Positions 59,575 to 64,000 of a DNA stretch of 64,000 nucleotides are shown here, in pieces. Below the pieces are notes generated by a model. It was not told the origin of the DNA. It saw nothing but the letters and a program-made list of their open reading frames with translations, and searched no databases. The translations under genes were made by a program, and so were the position numbers. Each line of letters starts with the position of its first letter. The first letter of the stretch is position 1. Source of the stretch: a bacterium (lineage in GTDB: Bacteria > Patescibacteriota > 4484-211 > GCA-002791395); assembly GCA_027002475.1 (NCBI GenBank), contig JALWZS010000038.1:46032-110031 (forward strand), in the 5' to 3' direction.

Positions 59575-59610
59575 GGGGTAAAGTCTTTATGGCTTTACCC
59601 CTTTTTTATT
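59575..59610 (+). terminator. Rho-independent terminator
   Basis: ggggtaaag-tctttatgg-ctttacccc 9-bp GC-rich stem followed by TTTTTTATT. Confidence 0.7.
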
Positions 59611-59683
59611 CGTGCTCGATCTTGTTTGCTATTTACTTATTTCCCATTTCCTATTACTCTAAAATAAAAAGGGGGTGATTTGT

Positions 59684-59845
59684 ATGCCAGATTTTTTTAG
59701 CGACGAACAAGATAAATACCAAGAAGACCCAATGGTTACCATGGTAAAAGAACTAAAAGACATTAAAGAGTATATGAAAAGACTAACCGAAGACGTAAAG
59801 CGAATAATGGAGGATGTGAATAGGATGGAGAGGAAGCTTAAATAA
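59684..59845 (+). CDS. 53-aa highly charged, predicted helical small protein
   Basis: SD aaaaGGGGGTGatttgtATG. MPDFFSDEQDKYQEDPMVTMVKELKDIKEYMKRLTEDVKRIMEDVNRMERKLK, heptad-like and coiled-coil prone. Confidence 0.35.
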   Translation: MPDFFSDEQDKYQEDPMVTMVKELKDIKEYMKRLTEDVKRIMEDVNRMERKLK

Positions 59846-60019
59846 AGAAAGTCTAGAGTGGTAGGGTTTAAGCGTTTTAGTGTTGGAGCGTGAGTTTTTT
59901 GTATCCCATTGACCCTTTAACTCTAAGTTTGTGAAACAAACAACCCTCCAGCCCTACTATATATTGACATATATAGTCTACCTATGCTATACATTTTTCA
60001 TAGGTTATAATCAGTACGC

Positions 60020-61120
60020 ATGACATCCGATAACCAACGCCAACAAGCTGTTGCAGCAGCAATGGAACAAATTGAAAAACAGTTTGGCAAAGGCGCAATT
60101 ATGCGACTTGGCGAAAAAAGTCACATTGAAGGAGTTCAAGTTGTCCCAACAGGTTCAATTGCACTGGATCTTGCTTTAGGTATTGGTGGTGTTCCAAAAG
60201 GGCGAATTATTGAGATCTTTGGTCCTGAGTCGAGCGGAAAAACCACATTGGCTCTTCATATTCTTGGTAACGCTCAAAAACAAGGTGGAGTCGCCGCATT
60301 TGTTGACGCAGAACATGCTTTAGATCCGATTTATGCAGGTAAATTAGGCGTTGATTTAGAAAGCCTTCTTGTTGCTCAGCCTGATACGGGAGAGCAGGCA
60401 CTAGAAATTGTAGAGACACTGGTTCGTTCTGGTGGGGTTGACGTTATCGTTGTTGACTCCGTTGCAGCATTAGTGCCGCGCGCAGAGATTGAAGGTGACA
60501 TGGGCGATTCGCATATGGGTCTTCAGGCTAGACTTATGAGTCAAGCTCTTCGAAAACTAACAGGAGCAATTAATAAGTCAAACGCTACGGTTATCTTTAT
60601 TAACCAACTTCGAATGAAAATTGGTGTGATGTTCGGTAATCCTGAAACCACAACTGGTGGACGTGCATTAAAGTTTTACTCATCTGTGCGCTTAGATATC
60701 CGAAGAATTGGCTCGATAAAACAAGGTGACCAGGATTTGGGTAACCGAGTGCGTGTAAAGGTGGTTAAAAACAAGATGGCGCCGCCGTTTAAAGTTGCAG
60801 AGTTTGACATTATTTATGGTGAAGGAATTAGTAAAGAAGGGAGTCTGATTGATGTTGGGGTTGAGCTTGGAATTATAAATAAGTCTGGTTCGTGGTTTAG
60901 TTATGGGGAGCAGAAGTTAGGACAAGGTAGGGAATCCGTTCGTGAGTTACTTAAAGAAAATCAAGAGCTTGCAAAAAGGATAGAAAAAGAGATTCTAACT
61001 GAGATGAAAAATCAAGGCGCACCACTTGTTTTGGGTGTTGAGGAGGAAGATGTAAATGTAGAAAAAGAAGCTAATCCGGAGCCTGAGACGAGTGAAGAGA
61101 AGTCTAAAGGTAAAAAGTAG
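60020..61120 (+). CDS. recA: Recombinase RecA
   Basis: 366 aa. Walker [11 protein letters not shown]1/L2 loops. Acidic C-terminal tail. Confidence 0.97.
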   Translation: MTSDNQRQQAVAAAMEQIEKQFGKGAIMRLGEKSHIEGVQVVPTGSIALDLALGIGGVPKGRIIEIFGPESSGKTTLALHILGNAQKQGGVAAFVDAEHALDPIYAGKLGVDLESLLVAQPDTGEQALEIVETLVRSGGVDVIVVDSVAALVPRAEIEGDMGDSHMGLQARLMSQALRKLTGAINKSNATVIFINQLRMKIGVMFGNPETTTGGRALKFYSSVRLDIRRIGSIKQGDQDLGNRVRVKVVKNKMAPPFKVAEFDIIYGEGISKEGSLIDVGVELGIINKSGSWFSYGEQKLGQGRESVRELLKENQELAKRIEKEILTEMKNQGAPLVLGVEEEDVNVEKEANPEPETSEEKSKGKK

Positions 61121-61135
61121 CCCACTTTTACTTCG

Positions 61136-61288
61136 TAACAAATTTCAATTTACAAATTCCAAACTGGTCAAATAAACATCAAATAACAAGCTTGAATAAT
61201 CAAACGTTCAAAGTATTAGCAGTTTGTAACGTTTGTGATTTGCGTGGCTTGGAATTTGTTTGTGGTTTCGTTTTTGTGATTTGGATCT
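61136..61288. repeat. CA-rich/TG-rich imperfect long palindrome (family copy 4), downstream of recA
   Basis: acaaatttcaatttacaaattccaaac...gtttgtgatttgcgtggcttggaatttgtttgtggtttcgtttttgtgatttgg. Same arm composition and the shared TTTGTGATTTG block as the 54613-54746 copy. Confidence 0.5.
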
Positions 61289-61567
61289 TGTACTCTGTTA
61301 TTGGTGCTTGGTAAGTGCTATCATCGTTCGTCACTGCGAACGAGTAATAGCGAGTGTGGCAGTCTAACGCGTTTAGCGTCATCGCGAAAAAGTCGCATAG
61401 CGATCTGGTGTAGCGATCTAACAACGGTAGATTGCCACGCCACTTTGTGGCTCGCAACGACTAGAGTTTTAAGTGAAACTTCCTGTTTGCAATTTGATGT
61501 TTGGGGTTTGTAACTTATTTAACTTATAATGTTTGCAGTATTTGTTGTGTTTGCAACTTGACCTATT

Positions 61568-62209
61568 ATGCCTAAAGTAACGAACTTAACCCCTCAAAAA
61601 AAAGATCCACGTAGATACAATTTGTTTATTGATGATAAGTTTTTTTGTGGGATTGATGAGTCTTTGATTTTAACTTTTAAGCTTAAAAAAGGTATTGAAC
61701 TAGATAAAGAAACTCTAGAAAAAATTTTTTCACAATCAAAATTAAACAAGATTTACAACCGCGCGCTTGATTATTTAGCCAGGCGTCCAAGATCTGAAAA
61801 GGAGATGAGGGACTACATAAAAGAGAAAATCACAAAGTACAAAATACAAATTTCAAACGATGAAGATCTAAATTCTACTATCGAGAGTTTGGTTGATAGG
61901 CTGAAGTCGTTTAACTACATCAATGATTTAGAATTTGCGAAGTGGTGGGTAGAGCAACGGATTGAGCGTAGTAAACCTTCAGGTCTTATAAAAATTAAAT
62001 CGGAGCTATTTAAAAAAGGTGTCGATAAAAGTATTGTTGAAAAGGCTTGGGAAGAGTTAGCGCCTAGTGAAAAGGACTTAGCTAAAGCACATTTCGAAAA
62101 AGTTGCCAGTAAGTATGACTTAACAAACCAAAAAGATAAAAAAAGGTTGGTTAACTACATGTTACGGCAAGGGTTTAAATGGAGCATAATAAAAGATATG
62201 TTAAAATAA
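61568..62209 (+). CDS. recX: Regulatory protein RecX
   Basis: 213 aa three-helix-repeat protein (ALDYLARRPRSEKEMRDYI...). Position downstream of recA. Confidence 0.8.
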   Translation: MPKVTNLTPQKKDPRRYNLFIDDKFFCGIDESLILTFKLKKGIELDKETLEKIFSQSKLNKIYNRALDYLARRPRSEKEMRDYIKEKITKYKIQISNDEDLNSTIESLVDRLKSFNYINDLEFAKWWVEQRIERSKPSGLIKIKSELFKKGVDKSIVEKAWEELAPSEKDLAKAHFEKVASKYDLTNQKDKKRLVNYMLRQGFKWSIIKDMLK

Positions 62210-62228
62210 GCCTTGCTACAAACGAGAA

Positions 62229-63626
62229 ATGAGTGATCAGAATACGTTAGACAAGTTATTAGAAAAATTTACGGCAGATTCAAGTATCGCCAAAGAGTTA
62301 AAAGATGCAGCGCGCGAGTTGGTTCTTGAAGCAAAAACCCAAGCGCTTGATGTTAGACAACAAGCAGAATCAAAACTTGAAGAGGTCGAGGCGCAGGAGG
62401 AAACTATAAAAAAACTAAGGGGGCGTCTTGAGGCTAGAATAAAGGAACTAGACGAACTTTATGAAAAGGAGGCTAGTGAGCTAGAGAAACTTCATACACT
62501 ATCCAAAAAGGAGGCTGAGGAAAAGCTACTTAGCGTTATTGATAAAGAATTGGCGCAGGAGTATGCGAGAAGAATTAGAGAAAACGAAGACAAGATAAAG
62601 ACAGAGTCAGATAAGCGTGCAAGACAGATTCTTGTTACTGCAATGCAAAGGATTGGAACTGAAAACGTCTCGGAATATACACTTTACACAGTAGAACTTC
62701 CTGACGAAGATATAAAAGGTCGAATTATTGGTAAAGGCGGGCAGAACATAAAGGCATTCGAAGAGGCCACAGGCGTTAGTGTTGAGATTGGCGAACCAGG
62801 CGAGCCAATTGTTACCGTATCTAGTTTTGATCCTGTCAAGCGTGAAGTGGCACGGCTTGCAATGGAGAAATTAGTCGCAGATGGTCGCATTCAGCCAACT
62901 CGAATTGAGGAAATGGTAAAGTCTGCTCAAAAAGAGGTCGATCAAGTTGTTCGTGAGGCGGGTGAGGATTTGCTTTATAGAGCCGGCGTAACTGGGTTCC
63001 CACAAGAGATTGTTGAACTTCTTGGACGACTTAAATTTAGGAGCTCTTATGGACAAAACATGATCGAGCATACCTTAGAGGTGACAAAGCTTGGGTCCGC
63101 TATTGCCGCTGAGGTTGGAGCTGATGTTGAAATCGTTAAAAAGGCATGTTTGTTGCATGACATAGGGAAAGCCATTACCGCAGAAACAGACAAGGGGCAT
63201 GCCGAGGTCGGGGCTGAGCTTGCTAGACGATATGGCATTCCTGAAGAGGTGGTCGTTGCGTTCGAGGATCATCATACAGAAAACTTTAAAACTCTTGAGG
63301 CGGTTATAATGTATATTGCCGATGCTATCTCTGGTGCAAGACCAGGCGCGCGAAAAGAAGACTACGAAGGTTATGTCAAGCGAATTAAAGAACTTGAAGA
63401 AATTGCAGATTCGTTTGCTGGGGTTGAAAAAAGCTATGCACTAGCAGCTGGGAAAGAGGTTAGAGTTGTTGTTAACCCAGCAGAAATTACCGATGCGGAG
63501 ATGTTTAAACTAGCCCATGATATTGCTGCTGCTATTCATGACAAAATAACAGATTTTCCTGCACCAATTCGAGTAAACGTTGTACGTGAAACTAGGGCCA
63601 GCGCTCTGGCAAAGCCTGGCAATTAA
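62229..63626 (+). CDS. rny: Ribonuclease Y (KH + HD domains), no N-terminal membrane anchor
   Basis: 465 aa. Coiled-coil N-region. KH motif IIGKGGQNIKAFEEATGV. HD motif LLHDIGKA. It begins directly with a charged helix, with no TM. Confidence 0.9.
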   Translation: MSDQNTLDKLLEKFTADSSIAKELKDAARELVLEAKTQALDVRQQAESKLEEVEAQEETIKKLRGRLEARIKELDELYEKEASELEKLHTLSKKEAEEKLLSVIDKELAQEYARRIRENEDKIKTESDKRARQILVTAMQRIGTENVSEYTLYTVELPDEDIKGRIIGKGGQNIKAFEEATGVSVEIGEPGEPIVTVSSFDPVKREVARLAMEKLVADGRIQPTRIEEMVKSAQKEVDQVVREAGEDLLYRAGVTGFPQEIVELLGRLKFRSSYGQNMIEHTLEVTKLGSAIAAEVGADVEIVKKACLLHDIGKAITAETDKGHAEVGAELARRYGIPEEVVVAFEDHHTENFKTLEAVIMYIADAISGARPGARKEDYEGYVKRIKELEEIADSFAGVEKSYALAAGKEVRVVVNPAEITDAEMFKLAHDIAAAIHDKITDFPAPIRVNVVRETRASALAKPGN

Positions 63627-63643
63627 TATTTGGGCTTGCGATT

Positions 63644-64000
63644 ATGGCTACAAAAGACAAAGAACTAACTTTCCTTTTCATCGGGGATATTGTCGCAAGA
63701 CCAGGTCGACAAGTTGTAAAAGAATTACTTCCTAAGTTAAAAGAGGACTTAAGTATTGATGTAGTTATTGCAAACGTGGAAAACTTGGCTGGAGGAAAGG
63801 GGATTACGAACTCCACTATTTACGAGATGATGAGTGCTGGTGTAGATTTATTTACTGGCGGAAATCATATCTTCTTCCAAGAAGAGTCGCAGGAGCTTTT
63901 AAACGATGAATCGCTTAACATTATCCGTCCTGCTAATTACAGCGAGGATACTCCCGGACGTGGGTTTTTATTTTACGAACATAATGGGGTCAAAATTTTA
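63644..64000 (+). CDS. ymdB: YmdB-like metallophosphoesterase (2',3'-cyclic-nucleotide phosphodiesterase), 3' end outside window
   Basis: LTFLFIGDIVARPGRQVV...VIANVENLAGGKGIT...GGNHIF matches the YmdB/TIGR00282 N-terminus. Conserved rny-ymdB adjacency. Confidence 0.8.
   Translation, partial: MATKDKELTFLFIGDIVARPGRQVVKELLPKLKEDLSIDVVIANVENLAGGKGITNSTIYEMMSAGVDLFTGGNHIFFQEESQELLNDESLNIIRPANYSEDTPGRGFLFYEHNGVKIL

Noticed and set aside
61200-61513. ORFs 61200..61457 (-) and 61301..61513 (+) in the recA-recX spacer
   Set aside because: They have no SD, their composition is dominated by the repeat sequence, and they overlap each other on opposite strands. The region is treated as non-coding and possibly a structured RNA.

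Overview
The window is a 64 kb, AT-rich (~40% GC by eye) stretch of a small-genome bacterium with 72 protein-coding genes, two tRNAs and dense packing. It uses the standard genetic code, because proteins end at TGA at their expected lengths. Most of it is core informational and energy genes: ung (partial), rnj, rpsL-rpsG-fusA-tuf-rpsJ, alaS, ruvX, tatD, secY-adk-map, infA-rpmJ-rpsM-rpsK-rpsD-rpoA-rplQ-rplM-rpsI, a complete F1Fo ATP synthase operon (atpBEFHAGDC), and recA-recX-rny-ymdB. The gene set (RNase J/Y, YmdB, SpoIID, VanY) is Gram-positive-like and would fit a Firmicutes-like or CPR/Patescibacteria lineage; this is inference only. The main departure from that conserved order is a ~19 kb insertion (7.0-25.8 kb) where the rplC..rplO ribosomal block would normally sit. 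It carries alaS, an FtsA/PilM-like ATPase, ruvX and an eight-gene plus-strand operon of secreted and membrane proteins: a 1050-aa Cys/Pro-rich protein, a glycoside hydrolase + M23 peptidase fusion, a second M23 protein, a YVTN beta-propeller and others. A convergent SpoIID-like coiled-coil protein faces it. This operon is the best candidate for an undescribed cell-envelope lytic or cell-cell interaction system. Other accessory content: an envelope redox/copper module (BlaI/CopY-like repressor, M56 peptidase, CcdA, DsbA, multicopper oxidase, VanY). There is also a GC-richer islet with a consensus sigma70 promoter, a 38-aa Cys-containing small ORF and an ABC exporter. A tRNA-Pro/tRNA-Val-flanked islet holds a tandem-domain WHxH...LTPxC protein, a NUDIX protein and an HD protein. 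A cluster of four tiny genes with textbook promoter, SD and terminator signals lies upstream of recA. Three families of repeated intergenic sequence were seen: CA-rich/TG-rich long palindromes sharing an exact 18-mer, a GAGAGTTGAAGGGTT motif overlapping two stop codons, and a 23-nt hairpin at two convergent junctions. No rRNA, CRISPR array, transposase or integrase was found.
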